Assembly (NCBI RefSeq): GCF_009914755.1
Contig: NC_060932.1
DNA length: 64,000 nt
Direction: 5' to 3' (one strand)
Origin: the human T2T-CHM13v2.0 reference genome, Homo sapiens
Below, in pieces: positions 26,111-38,171 of the stretch. Every line of letters starts with the position of its first letter. Position 1 is the first letter of the stretch. Made by a program: the position numbers and the translations under genes. Below the pieces are notes generated by a model that was not told where the DNA came from, made no database searches, and was given only the letters and a program-made list of their open reading frames with translations.

Positions 26111-28598
26111 TCTTATTTTCTTTTTCAACTTTTATTTTACGTTCATAGGGTACATGAGCAGATTTGTTATGTGAGTAAATTGCATGCCACTGGGGTTTGG
26201 TGTACAAATGATTTAATCACCCAGGTAGTAAGCAGAGTATCTGATGGGTAGTAAAAAACTACCTTACTTACCTTCTTCATACCCTCTACCTTTAAGTAGG
26301 TCCTGGTGTCTATTGTTCCCCTCTTTGTGTCCATGTGTATTCAACATTTAGTTCCAACTTATAAGTGAGAACATGCGATATTTGGTTTTCTGTTCCTGCA
26401 CTAATTCACTTAGAATAATGGCCTCTAGCTGCATCCAAGTTGCTGCAAAGGATATGATTTTGTTTTTTTTTATGGCTTCGTAGTATTCCACAGTGTACGT
26501 GTATCACAATTTCTTTATCCAGTTCACCATCGATGGACATGTAGTTTGATTCCATGTCTTTGCTACTGTGAATAGCGCTGTGACGAACATATGCATGCAT
26601 GTGTCTTCTTGGTAGAATAATTTATATTCCTTTGGGTCTGTACCAGTATTGAGATTGCTGGGTTTAATGGTAGTTGTGTTTTAAGTTCTCTGAGAAATCT
26701 ACGAACTGCTTTTTACAGTGGCTGAACTAATAATTTACATTCCCACCAGAAGTGTAGAAGCATTCTCTTTTCTCTGCAACCTCACCAACATTTGTTATTT
26801 TCTGACTTTAATAACAGCCATTCTGACTGGTATGGGATGATATCTCATTGTGGCTTTGATTTGCATTTCTCTAATAATTAGTGATATTGAGCTTTATTTT
26901 TTTTTCATATGCTTGTTGGCTGCATGTATGTCTTCTTTTGAGAAGTGTCTGTTCATGTCCTCTGCCTTTTGAGACAGAGTCTCGCTCTGTCACCCAGGCT
27001 TGAGTGCAGTGGCAGCAGTCTGGGCTCACTGCAAGCTCCGCCTCCTGGGTTCACGCCGTTCTCCTGCCTCAGCCCCCCGAGTAGCTGGGACTACAGGTAC
27101 CCACCACCACGCCCGGCTAATTTTTTGTATTTTCAGTAGAGACGGGGTTTCACCGTGTTAGCCAGGATGGTCTTGATCTCCTGACCTCGTGATCCGCCGG
27201 TCTTGGCGTCCCACAGTGCTGGGATTAGAGGCGTGAACCACCGCTCCCGGCCCCTCTGCCCATTTTTTAATGAGGTTGTTTAGTTTTTGCTTGTTGAGTT
27301 GTTTAAGTTCCTTATAAATTGTGAATATTAGACCTTTGTCAGATGCATAGTTTGCAAATATTTTCTCCCATTGTGTAGGTTGTCTGTTTACTCTGTTAAT
27401 AGTTTCCTTAGCCGTGCAGATGCTCTTTAGTTTAATTGGGCCAACGTTTTATTTTGTTGCAATTGCTTTTGGAGACTGCCTCATGAAATCTTTGCTAAGG
27501 CCTATGTCAAGAATGGTGGTTTGTAGTGTGACTTTCTTTTAGTGTTTTCACAGTTTTGGGTTTTATATTTAAGTCTTTTATCCAACTCGCATTGATTTCA
27601 GTTGATGGTGAAAGGAAAGGGTCCAGTTTCAATCTTCTGCATATGGCTAGCCAGTTATCCCAACACCATTTATCGAAAAGGAAGTCCTTTCCCCATTGCT
27701 TGTTATTGTTGACTTTGATGAAGATCAGATGGTTGTAGGTGTACAGCTTTATTTCTGGGTTCTCTAACCTATTTCATTGGTCTATGTGTCAGTTTTTGTA
27801 TCAGCACCATGCTGTTTTGGTTACCATAGCCCTGTAGTATAGTTTGAAGTTGGATAGCATGATGCCTCCAGCTTTGTTCTTTTTGCTTAGGATTGCCTTG
27901 GCTACTTGGGCTCTTTTCTGGTTTCATATGAATTTTAAAATAATTTTTTTCTAATTCTGTGAATAATGTCATTGGTAGTTTGATAGGGATAGTATTGAAT
28001 CTGTAAATTGTTTTGGGTAGTATGGCCATTTTAATGATATTGATTCTTCCTATCCATGAGCATGGAATGTCTTTCATTTGTTTATCTTGTCTCAGATTTC
28101 TTTCAGTAATGTTTTGTAATTCTTATTGTAGAGATCTTTCACCTCCCTGATTGTCTGTATTCCTAGATATTTTATTCTTTTGGCGGATATTGTGAATGGG
28201 ATTGCATTTTTGATTTGGCTCTCAGCTTGTGTGTTGTCTGGTGTATATAAATGTCACAAATTTTTGTACATTGATTTTGTATCCCGAAACTTTGCTGAAG
28301 TTGCTTATCAGCTCTAGGAGACTTTGGGCAGAGACTATGGGGTTTTCCAGGTATAGAACCATATCATTTGCAAAGAGGGATAGTTTGACATCTTCTCTTC
28401 TTATTTGGATGCCTTTCATTTCTTTTTCTTGCCTGATTGCTCTGGCTAAGACTTCTAGTACTATGTTGAATAGGAGTGATGAAAGAGGGCATCATTGTGT
28501 TGTTCTGGTCCTGAGAGGGAGGCTTCCAGCTTTTGCTCATTCAGTATAATGTTGGCTGTGGGTTTGTCATAGAGCGCTCTTATTATTTTGAGGTATTG
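26111..28598 (-). mobile_element. L1PA/PB 3' ~2.2 kb with nested AluY
   Basis: ORF2 peptides ([13 protein letters not shown]; [16 protein letters not shown]); TSD tgtaacc(c/t)aagattt. Confidence 0.85.
26967..27252 (-). mobile_element. AluY-like, nested in L1, very short tail
   Basis: gcaagctccgcctcc...ttcacgcc...caccgtgttagccaggatgg diagnostics; TSD cctctgcc. Confidence 0.85.
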
Positions 28599-30108
28599 TG
28601 TAACCTAAGATTTGCTGATGCCAAAGTCCATGCCCTCTCTACCTTTGTTATATTACTCTCTTACCAAAGGAGCTGAGCAGCTACAACCTTGCAAGCAGTC
28701 TTCAGTGGAGAGATGATGTCTCATTCCATGATCCTTGAGAGGTGACTAGAATAAATGGAGTATTATAACAAACTCTAATCAGGGAGGACAGTTAATGTTT
28801 TCTGGTCAAGATGTGTGTAGTGCGTTCTTGCATCGCTATAAAGAAATACCTGAGGATCTCCAGCCAGGCCACTTTCTCTTCACCTTTCAGAGCCTTTTTG
28901 TTTTTATTTTACAAGATACTATCCCGTGCTTTTAGTTGTACTTAGTGGGAGGGGCTGGGAGAATTGTGTTTACTCCGTCTTGTCTGGAACCAGAAGTCTC
29001 AATTCTGTGTGCATGTTTTTTTGTTTTTTTGTTTTGGTAATATTTTAAATTGCCCAGAAAGTGAAGAAAATACAAGGTTCATGTGTCTTTTTGGTCCCCA
29101 CAGTATTCACCACATGGGGGGCTCCTAAACCTAGTGCTATGCTGCCAGGGTCTACTTCTTACCTCAGAATGCCTTCTCCTTTCTCTTTTCCCTTTCTGCC
29201 TCCAACCCCTGTTCCAGTACCCACCTCTCAAGGCTCTCATAGCCTATCAGGGAAAACTACCAATTTTCTCACATTAAACCATAACAGATAGATAAATATC
29301 TTTCTTTTCCGTGGGGCAGCCTCTCCATCACTGTTCAGAATATTTATCATCTTCATTTGTGGTTTTATACCAACGACAAGGTCCACTGCCTGGCCAATGA
29401 GCAGGTCCCTAGTCTTCAGCTGAGACTAAGCAGGTTTATCAGGGTGGCCACTTTTAAGATGAAGGGAGCACCTCTGAGCATTAAAGACAAATGTCATCAT
29501 TCATCCTTTGAGCCAGAGGAAATTTATGATTTTTTTTCTATTTTTCTGGCTATCAATAATTTTTTAGAAAGAACGTGTATTCATTTTATTAAAGAGAGGC
29601 AAAGAGACCAGTCTTTGGTTCAGTGAAACCCACATGCAACACCCAATATTTTATCATTGTTTGTTTATCCACTGCCTGTCCAGGAAACTGTAGGGTCCCT
29701 TAGGTAAGGAACCATATCTCATTTATGGGTCTCTAGGGCCTTGTATGCTCAACAAAGGTTTCTAAGTTAATGAACTAAAATGACTTCTTATATAGATACC
29801 AAATCCTCCTTGGATTTTTAAAAAGAATTCCCAGAAATGAGAAAAGCCTTGGCGTCCTTTTTACCTAGTGTACCTGAAGAAGATCAGAAATAGTTAAGCA
29901 GGGTTGCAGCATATTGACTCCCAGGGTGCTCACTCACAGCTCCAGAGGATCTGAAATCCACATACTCATTCTCATGGCTGCAGGCCCTAATTCCCATACA
30001 TTTTCCAGACTCAGAATTGTCTATTTGCAGCAGAGAGAGAATACCCTTGCACTGGCAGTTCCCAGAGGGTGAGGACCTATAAGGTGAGGGAGGGTACCCC
30101 CTAGTTAC

Positions 30109-30251
30109 CTTGCAGGCATCATAGCTCTCATTCTTGTATCCGGCACACAGCATATTTTTGGTAAGTTTTGGAAACATCTTTGAACACTCCTCCCAGTCCA
30201 TGATGACCATTGGCGCTTTCATCAGATCCGTTTTCACAGAGTTTTTGTCAG
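30109..30251 (-). CDS. PRSS55: PRSS55 exon 4 (ends SYDACK; S1-pocket Asp)
   Basis: ggccag| acceptor; [16 protein letters not shown]...NMLCAG...SYDACK; AAG|GTAACT donor; 143 nt, cumulative 741 nt = 247 codons (phase 0). Confidence 0.98.
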
Positions 30252-31611
30252 CTGGCCCAGAGAGAAAGCGCATTAGAGAAGCCACTGGGCCTCATGTCCC
30301 CACGTTCGTGATGCAGCTGACTGTGCCCTCGGCCCTGTGTCCCCCAACCCCCATCCCCTTCCTTCACAGGCTCTGCAGCCCCTCACTTCCTTCAGGTTAC
30401 CCCATGCCTGCAACTTACCCACTCCCCCAACAACTCCCACAGCTACTGGAACTATTCTTCTCATTCAAAACCAAATTTCTACTCCCAAGAAGACTTCCAA
30501 CTTGACCCCAGTCAGCCCCACAGACTCAGCTTCTTGGAACTGGCTACTGACTGTTTCTCAGCATAATCCTGCCACATCAATACATTTGCCTATTGTGACA
30601 TTTTATTACATGAGGATGGCATTTCCTTCACACAGGGCCTTGGAAAGTGGGTTTGCACTCCCGGTGAAAAAACTTTAGGTCCTCAGCAAGGGCAGGTTGG
30701 CAGAGTGTTTTGAGATGGGATTAGAGGGGATTTGCAGAGGCCCTTTCTGGGCCGCCAGATGCCGGGAATTCACCTGAATTCCTCTCCATCTCATTAACTC
30801 TGACCACAAAGAGATTTCACATTTCTTCCCATGATTGAAGATTTTTAAACTTGTGCATGCCCATGTGCCTCCTCTCCTTCTTCTACCTTTCCAGGAGTGC
30901 CTGGAGCCCAGAACTAAGGTCCCACCGCTTCCCCCTCTGGTTGCTAAACTCCTGAAACACCCACGGTTGTCCAGGCCCAGGCTCGCTGCAAATCATCCCT
31001 GTGGATCAAGAGCCTCCTTCAGGCTGACGCAATGCTTTGCTGTTCTCATCCCCTCCCCTCCCCTATCTATTTGCTTTTGGTTTTGTTGGGTTTTTTGGGG
31101 GGACAGTCCAGCGGGCCCTTCGTCATATTTTTCTGTCCCAGTAGACTTTCTTCTATTTTGGCCAAGTAACAGCATAACAACAAGGAACAACAGATTCATT
31201 TCTAAGAAGAGCCAGGCAACGCTCCAGGACCGTCAGAGCCTAGCCCAGGGTGGGAATCTCCAATGCCTGGAGGAGCCAGGTAGGAAACATACCCGTGGGA
31301 ATCAGGGAAGATGTTTATGAATACAGAGTAGAGGGGCCTCTGGCTAACTGCAGAGTTTAAATTCAATTAAACACACAAACCACACTGCTCTGTGCTAGCT
31401 GGATCAGACTGCACTAGGGGACTGGCTCAGACCTGGTGTCTCACCTTGGGGTTTCGGCACCCAAAAGGAGCTAAACTTTGGGCACTGTGAGACTCCACTG
31501 AGCGGGAATCTGCTCCAATGCAAGTCTTGTCCTCACTCCTTCCTTAGCTTCCTCCCCTCTCCTTCACATTGCAGTGGCTTTTTCCCCAGGGGAAGCTGAG
31601 CAGTCACATAC

Positions 31612-31862
31612 CAGCATTGGTCTGGCCCCAACCTGCCACCCAGCATTCGCGCCATGTGGCAGGGCCGGGCTGCGTGGGGAGGCAGATGGGCACCTTCAGG
31701 TCATCGAGCTTGATGGGCGAAGCCAGCAGCAGCAAGGCAATGTCATTGTCCATGTTGGCTCTCTTAAAGTCTTTGTGAAGAATGATGCTGGCGACCTCCT
31801 TTATTTCCATGGATGGGCTAGTTAAGTCGTTGGTCCCCAGTACGACACTCAGTTCTTCTGGA
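31612..31862 (-). CDS. PRSS55: PRSS55 exon 3 (catalytic Asp156)
   Basis: ccaccag| acceptor; PEELSVVLG...[11 protein letters not shown]...PICLP...CWVAGWG; G|GTATGT donor; 251 nt. Confidence 0.98.
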
Positions 31863-32662
31863 CTGGTGGCAGAGAACCAGAGAGGGGCAAGTGGAAGGGG
31901 AAGGGAAGTCTCAAAAGTGGCAGAATTGGCTGTGCCCAGAAACCTAAATCCCATGTAGCTCTAGGACCTTTAAACCCTACTGGGGCTGTTGATCAGAAGG
32001 TGTGAGGATTGGAAAAAGGTAGGAAAAAACAAAACAAAACAAAACAGAATAGCTGGTGTGCAGACCACAGCCAGACCACTGCACCATCAGGGGCCCCAGG
32101 GATATGAATGAGGTGCTTCTGTCTAATACAGCAAAGGCCGAGCTGGGTTTAGAGCACTCTACAGAGCCCACAAAAAGCCACTTGGCACGGATCAAACTGA
32201 CCTTCAGATAGATAAGGCATTCATTATTATATCTGTTTTGTATCAGCTGGTCTACCAGCACTTTAGAAACTCAGGACCAGAAGTTAGTCTAGACCTGCCA
32301 CTGACCAAGCAGACAGGATCTTCAGTAATAAGCCCACATTCCGAACCCCAGAGGATATTTGATATCCCACGACAGCGGGTGCCACAAAGGTCTGTGGTTA
32401 TGCCATGAAGAAACTGTCCCCGGGTTTTTGATTAACCTTCTAAAATCAGTGTGTGTGTCTTCAAACTTCCTTGAGCTGGTGTGGCAGAAAGCACAAGTGC
32501 TAGAGCCAGAATTTGAATTCTGTCTCTATATACTAGATGGGTACTGTGGGTGAGCAGCCTCAGTGTATTGGACATCAGTTTCCTTATCTATAAACGAGGG
32601 CTATTCATTCTACCTGCTTCAGGGGTCACCGTGTGATTAAATGAGTTAATAGAGGAAAGTTT

Positions 32663-32964
32663 ATTTTTCTTTTTTTGAGATGGAGTTTCGCTCTGTCGCC
32701 CAGGCGGGAGTGCCAGTGGTGCGATCTTGGCTCACTGAAACATCTGCCTCCTGGGTTCAAGCAACTCTCCTGTCTCAGCCTCCTGAACAGCTGGGACTAC
32801 AGGCGCACGCCACCGCGCCCAGCTAATTTTTGTATTTTTAGTATAGATGGGGTTTCACCATATTGGCCAGGCCAGTCTCGAACTCCTGACCACCGAACTC
32901 CTGATCCACCTGCCTCAGCCTCCCGAAGTGCTGGGATGACAGGCGTGAGCCACCGCACCCGGCC
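32663..32964 (-). mobile_element. AluS in PRSS55 intron 2 (inside a MIR)
   Basis: TSD aatag(a/g)ggaaagttt. Confidence 0.85.
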
Positions 32965-33452
32965 AATAGGGGAAAGTTTCTTAGCAGGGTCCCCAGCACA
33001 TAGTTAGTCCTTGGTAATGCCAGGCATCCATCCACATGCTGTCACACAGAGAACGCTCTACAAGGAGCAGGAGAGTAGGGGGTCAGGTGGCCCAGGAAGT
33101 CAGGCTTCCAGAATTACAAGGATTTCCCCCTAGATGGACTTGAATGCCCTAGGAGAGGCATTTGGACCAAGCCGCTTGGCTCCATCAAGCCACAGGTGTT
33201 CCGGGAGAGGGTAGGTGTGACCTCAGGGAGGTTGTAGTCACTGGCTCTGGTGATGTGAGGAGGACACAGCCTCAGGCTGGCTACCTCCACGTCCCCACAG
33301 GCTGGGGGGTGGGTGGATGGGTGGGAGCCATTCATGCCGACTGGATACCGAGCAGTCGCAGGTTCCTCTCAGCCACCAGGTGTGGGTGAGGGGGAGGGTG
33401 CCCCAGGGGTGGGCGCCCTGAGAGGTGGCAGTGGGAGGCCCATGGTACTTAC

Positions 33453-33645
33453 AACAGCTCCTCGGAATATAAGCAGTGAGCCGCAGTGAGAATCCACCAC
33501 TTGTTGAGGATGGAGCCGCCACAGAAAGGTTCACTTCTTGCCTGAATACTCACCTGCCACGGAAACTCACCCACCTCCGCCTCCATCCCCCCTGTGATTC
33601 TGGAATACCGAGTTCTTCCCTCGAAAATAGATCTGTCACCACATT
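33453..33645 (-). CDS. PRSS55: PRSS55 exon 2 (activation site R67|ITGG, catalytic His108)
   Basis: Pyrimidine tract + ccag| acceptor; [20 protein letters not shown]...CGGSIL...LTAAHC; TT|GTAAGT donor; 193 nt keeps the frame. Confidence 0.98.
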
Positions 33646-33983
33646 CTGGTGGAAAGAAAGAGAGTGGAAAGGAAAAGGGGAAACACTTAGTCAGCATCCA
33701 GTGTGAGCTGGGGACCGGGCTGGGAGGAGCAGGCTTCCAAGTGGATATCCTCATCCCCATTCTAGAGAGGAGCTCACTGAGGCTGCCGAGCGGGGCAGCC
33801 CTTGTGACTTCAGCCGGCAGATGGTTTATTTTGTCTACACAGAGCTCAGCAACAGATAGAGTCAGAAGCATTGGCTCTGACTCTATCCAGCATTTGTGAC
33901 CTCAGGAGAGTCACTTCACTGAGCTTGTTTCTGCTCTCGTCCAGGAGAAATCGGAAGAAAACAGTGTCCAAGGCTAACCCCCC

Positions 33984-34485
33984 GTGGTGGGCAGGACAAT
34001 AGCCCCCAAAGAGGTCCAAGTTCCAATGGGCCATGTCCCCAGAACCTGCGAATATTTTAGCTTGCAAGGAAAGGGGGGCTTTGGAGATGGAATTTGGGTT
34101 GCTAAGCACTGCCCTCAGAGTGGGAACGTGATGCTGGCTTTTCTGAGGGGCCAGTGGAATCACTGAGGGCCTTGAGAGGGGTGGAGGGAAGCAGGAAGTC
34201 AGGCAGAGGGAGAAGTGACTGCAGAGGAAAGGCAAAGAGACGCAACATAGCTGGCTTTGAAGATGAAGGCAGGGGCCCAGAGAAGTTTCTAGAAGCTGGA
34301 AGTGGAAAGGCAAATAATTTTCCCGTAGAGCGTCCAGTAGGAACGCAGACCTGCTGCACCCTGAATTCAGCCCCAGAAGGCCTTTGCTGGAGCTCTGTCC
34401 CACAGTACTGTAGGATAAGACATTTGTGTTGTTTAAGCCGCCAGGTGTGTGGTCATTCATTTCAGCAGCCCTAAGAAACCACAAG
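33984..34485 (+). mobile_element. MLT1-type MaLR LTR in PRSS55 intron 1
   Basis: gtggtgggcaggacaatagccccc...tttgtgttgtttaagcc...cagcagccctaagaaac. Confidence 0.7.
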
Positions 34486-34916
34486 GGGTGGGGCATAGAA
34501 AGTGCCAGAATCTACCGGAAAGCCCTGGCTGTTGTAGGCTAGTCAAGGCTGAGCAGCTCCTTTACTTAGGGGACTGAGAGCAAAGCTGTAGCGCCTGTGC
34601 TGAGGCAGGAAATGCCCCTTTCGGACAGAGGCCGGGTCCAGCTCCTCGCCCCAGGAAGAGGAGATGCTCCGTGAATATTTGCTGACTTGACTGTCTGCCT
34701 TGTGTTCTGGAACAAGGCATGAGTTTGACTCTAAAAAGCTCAAGACCCTAATCTTGTCTCTTTCTTGCTGCTTATTTTCCAACCATCAGCTCAACAGAAG
34801 CTGTGAGTGTTTTGTTGTTTGGGTGACCCTGTGGTGGTCATTTTTGGTTTAAAAAAATACGGGAGTGAGAACTTAGCAATGTGCATCCAGAGCCTTCTGC
34901 TCTCAGCAATGCATAA

Positions 34917-35351
<435 letters not shown>

Positions 35352-37412
35352 TAGGCCCTCTTATTTTCATCCTCACTTTGTAATTGAGACAACTGACGTA
35401 CAGAGAGGTTAAGTAGTTTGCCCAGCGTCACACAACTAGTCAGTGACTGAACTATGATATGAGCCCCAGGCCGGCTGGCAACAGAGCTGGTGCTCTCACC
35501 ACTGCGCCATGTGGCTCTCTGCCTGAAATATTCTTCCCCAGGCAGCTACCTGGCTCACTTCCTCCCTACGCCCAAGAATCCCTTCTTCAGAGTGGCCTTC
35601 CCTGACCTGTGTCTATAACAGCCCCTCCCATCCTGGTGACTCCTTATTTCCTACCCTGCTTTATATTTCTTCATTGCATCCTCGTTACATCAACTCCTAC
35701 ATTATCAGTCCCTTTTGCCTGACTCTGGTACCAGAATGTAAGCTCCAGATGGAGAGGGCAACATGCTTGTGGGCTTATTCCCTGATTGAATGACTCCACT
35801 CCGGGTGTCTGGAAGGCAGCACATGTGTGCATCTGATGATGTTCACTGCAGCGATCTCTATCATCATGACAAATTGAAAACAAGCTAAACGCTAGGGGTG
35901 ACTAAAGTAAGCCACATCCATATCATCAACTACTTCTCAGCCACAAAGTTAGGCTCATGGGGCATTTTTAACAACACAGGAAAATGTTTGTGACATTAAA
36001 TTGAGTGAAAAAGTCAGGATGAAAATCATATTTAAAACTTGTGATTTTATTACGTTGAGAATGTGGGTTTATAAGTATGGAAGGAAGTACATGAACATGC
36101 CGAGTGTGTATGAGCTGGGTTGGATGGTGGGCAGCTATGATGGGCGCCCTCTGTCTCTCTGTCTGAGATGCAGAACATGGCACGTGCTCAGGGTAGGCTC
36201 TGGGCCAGACAGCCCAAGCTTGAATCCAGGCTCTGTTGCTTATTCACGAAACGATTTAGGGAAAGCTACTTATCGTTGGGTACCCACCCCCCTTTCTTCA
36301 TTCCTAAAATAAGCATAAGATAATGCCAACTTTATAAGACTGATGTGTGGATGAAATGAGAGGATGGATGTTGAAGCGACCAACAAGTGCTTGCACCAAA
36401 GTCAACTCTCCAGAATGAACTGGCAGAAGTTCTCATATCCATTTTGCATCAATGGGATCCATCCCCCACATTCTTGGTCCTGAGATCAACCCACAACATC
36501 TGTATGGAATCGTGTTGACTTTCAGGTTCATGCCAGAGCTGAGAGCCTGGAAGCAGTGATGGAAGCAGAAACGGCTGCTTCTAAGTGATCTGAGCGATCA
36601 CGCATTAGAGGAGCATATTCTGCTGATGCTCTCCCCTCATGCCTCCCACCCCTTGTTCACACAGAGTGCAGTGGACCCTAGGCTGGACTGAAGGAGGCCA
36701 GGTGAACCTGCTGTGTTCTGGGCAAGAAGTGGTGTGCACAGGGCATGCAGCCTGGCGCTGCGGTCACCCAGCGCAGGCCAGGCAGACAGCTCTATCATTT
36801 CCCCCTGGGGCAACTTTGGGCAAATCCTCTTCCTCAGGCTTTGAGTTCCTCATCCACACGTTGTCTGAGAGCAGATGCCCCACCGTGGTGGTGTGGGCGT
36901 TAAACATGGGGAAATGCTCGACCCCTAGCAGTTGCTAGGTACCCCAGCATCCCTGAAGTCTTGACCACCCCCTTGGAGAAGAAATGAGCCATCAGGGAGC
37001 TCTGGGGGGCCGGGCACAAGGACAGAAGCACCCTTGCACTTGGCCTGACTGAGCTAGGCATCCCTGGGTGTCTGTGGCTCCTGGAAGCCTGGTGCTGATG
37101 GGAGCCACAGAGGCCCAGGGTAGTGGTCCCCCTCCAAGTGGGAGGACTCAGTCTCAGCTAGTTCTAGGCAAGAGCTTCAGGGCAGCCTGCTATTCCTCTG
37201 AGGATAAAGTGTCAGGTTTCAAAACCAAAACTCAGGGTTAGACAAGTCAAACACTGGGCCAGGGGAGAGAGGAGAGAAAGGACAAGTGGTTTGGAGAAGG
37301 GGTATGTGGGGAGCCCTGGAGCTCTGGCCTTGTGCTCTGCGATCCACCCTCCTGGCAGCCAGTCAGCTGGACCATGAGCCCCCATCCATGCCCCTTCTGC
37401 CCCTGTACTCAC

Positions 37413-37566
37413 CACTGACTGGGCTGGGGGGATGACGGGGCTGAGGGCGGTGGGCTCCCCTAGCCCTGCCTAGGATAGCCACTCCAGCCTCTGGGAGAGG
37501 AGTCCGTGGACCGAGCTGAGTTCCCGTGACCAGGGACAGGAGCAGCAACACTGAGAACAGGAGCAT
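37413..37566 (-). CDS. PRSS55: PRSS55 coding exon 1 (signal peptide + pro-region, aa 1-51, phase-1 donor)
   Basis: ATG at 37566 starts MLLFSVLLLLSLVTGTQLGPRTPLPEAGVAILGRARGAHRPQPRHPPSPVS, followed by G|GTGAGT donor (GT at 37412-37411); 154 nt. Confidence 0.97.
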
Positions 37567-37619
37567 GGCCCTGGGCTGTGCTGTGGGCCCGGGGGTGACA
37601 GAGGCCAGGGCTGAGGCAG

Positions 37620-37830
37620 TGAGGCTGAGAGCCTCCAGCTCAGATCCAGAGCCCCCAAGTGATGTCACAATGGGCTGTGGAGCCAAGAACTCAGACTGTA
37701 GCCACGAAGACTTCTTTTCTGGCTGCTTTGTTTCCGGGACGGCTGCACAGAGGCACCTCATCTCAGAGCCTTTCTTATCCCAGGTTCCCTTCTCTCTGAC
37801 CTGGGCACCACCCAGCTTCCTGAGTCATGT
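37620..37830 (-). promoter_or_regulatory. PRSS55 proximal promoter with variant CRE (TGACATCA, 37660-37667) and AP-1 motif (TGAGTCA, 37821-37827)
   Basis: Motifs lie about 95 and 255 nt upstream of the ATG; no obvious TATA; function inferred. Confidence 0.5.
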
Positions 37831-38171
37831 TGCTGATAAAGCCATACCTGAGACTGGGTAACTTATAAAGAAAAAGAGGTTTAATGGACTCACAGTTCCA
37901 GGTTGCTGGGGAGGCCTCACAATCATGGTGGAGGGCAAAAGGCATGTCTTCCATGTCGGCAGATAAGAGAGAATGAGAGCCATGTGAAATGGGAAGCCCC
38001 TTATAAAACCATCAGATCTTGTGAGACTGATTCACTACCAAGAGAGCAGTATGCGGGAAACTGCCCCCAAAATTCAAGCATCTCCTACCGGGTCCTTCCC
38101 ACAACGCGTGGGAATTATGGGAGCTACAATTCAAGATGAGATTAGGGTGGGGACACAGCCAAACCAAATCA
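37826..38171 (-). mobile_element. THE1 LTR immediately upstream of PRSS55, same orientation
   Basis: gctgataaagccatacctgagactgggtaa...gggacacagccaaaccaaatca. Confidence 0.88.

Noticed and set aside
37363-37761. N-terminally extended PRSS55 ORF in the track
   Set aside because: Starts at a non-ATG codon upstream of the signal-peptide Met and reads through the exon-1 donor
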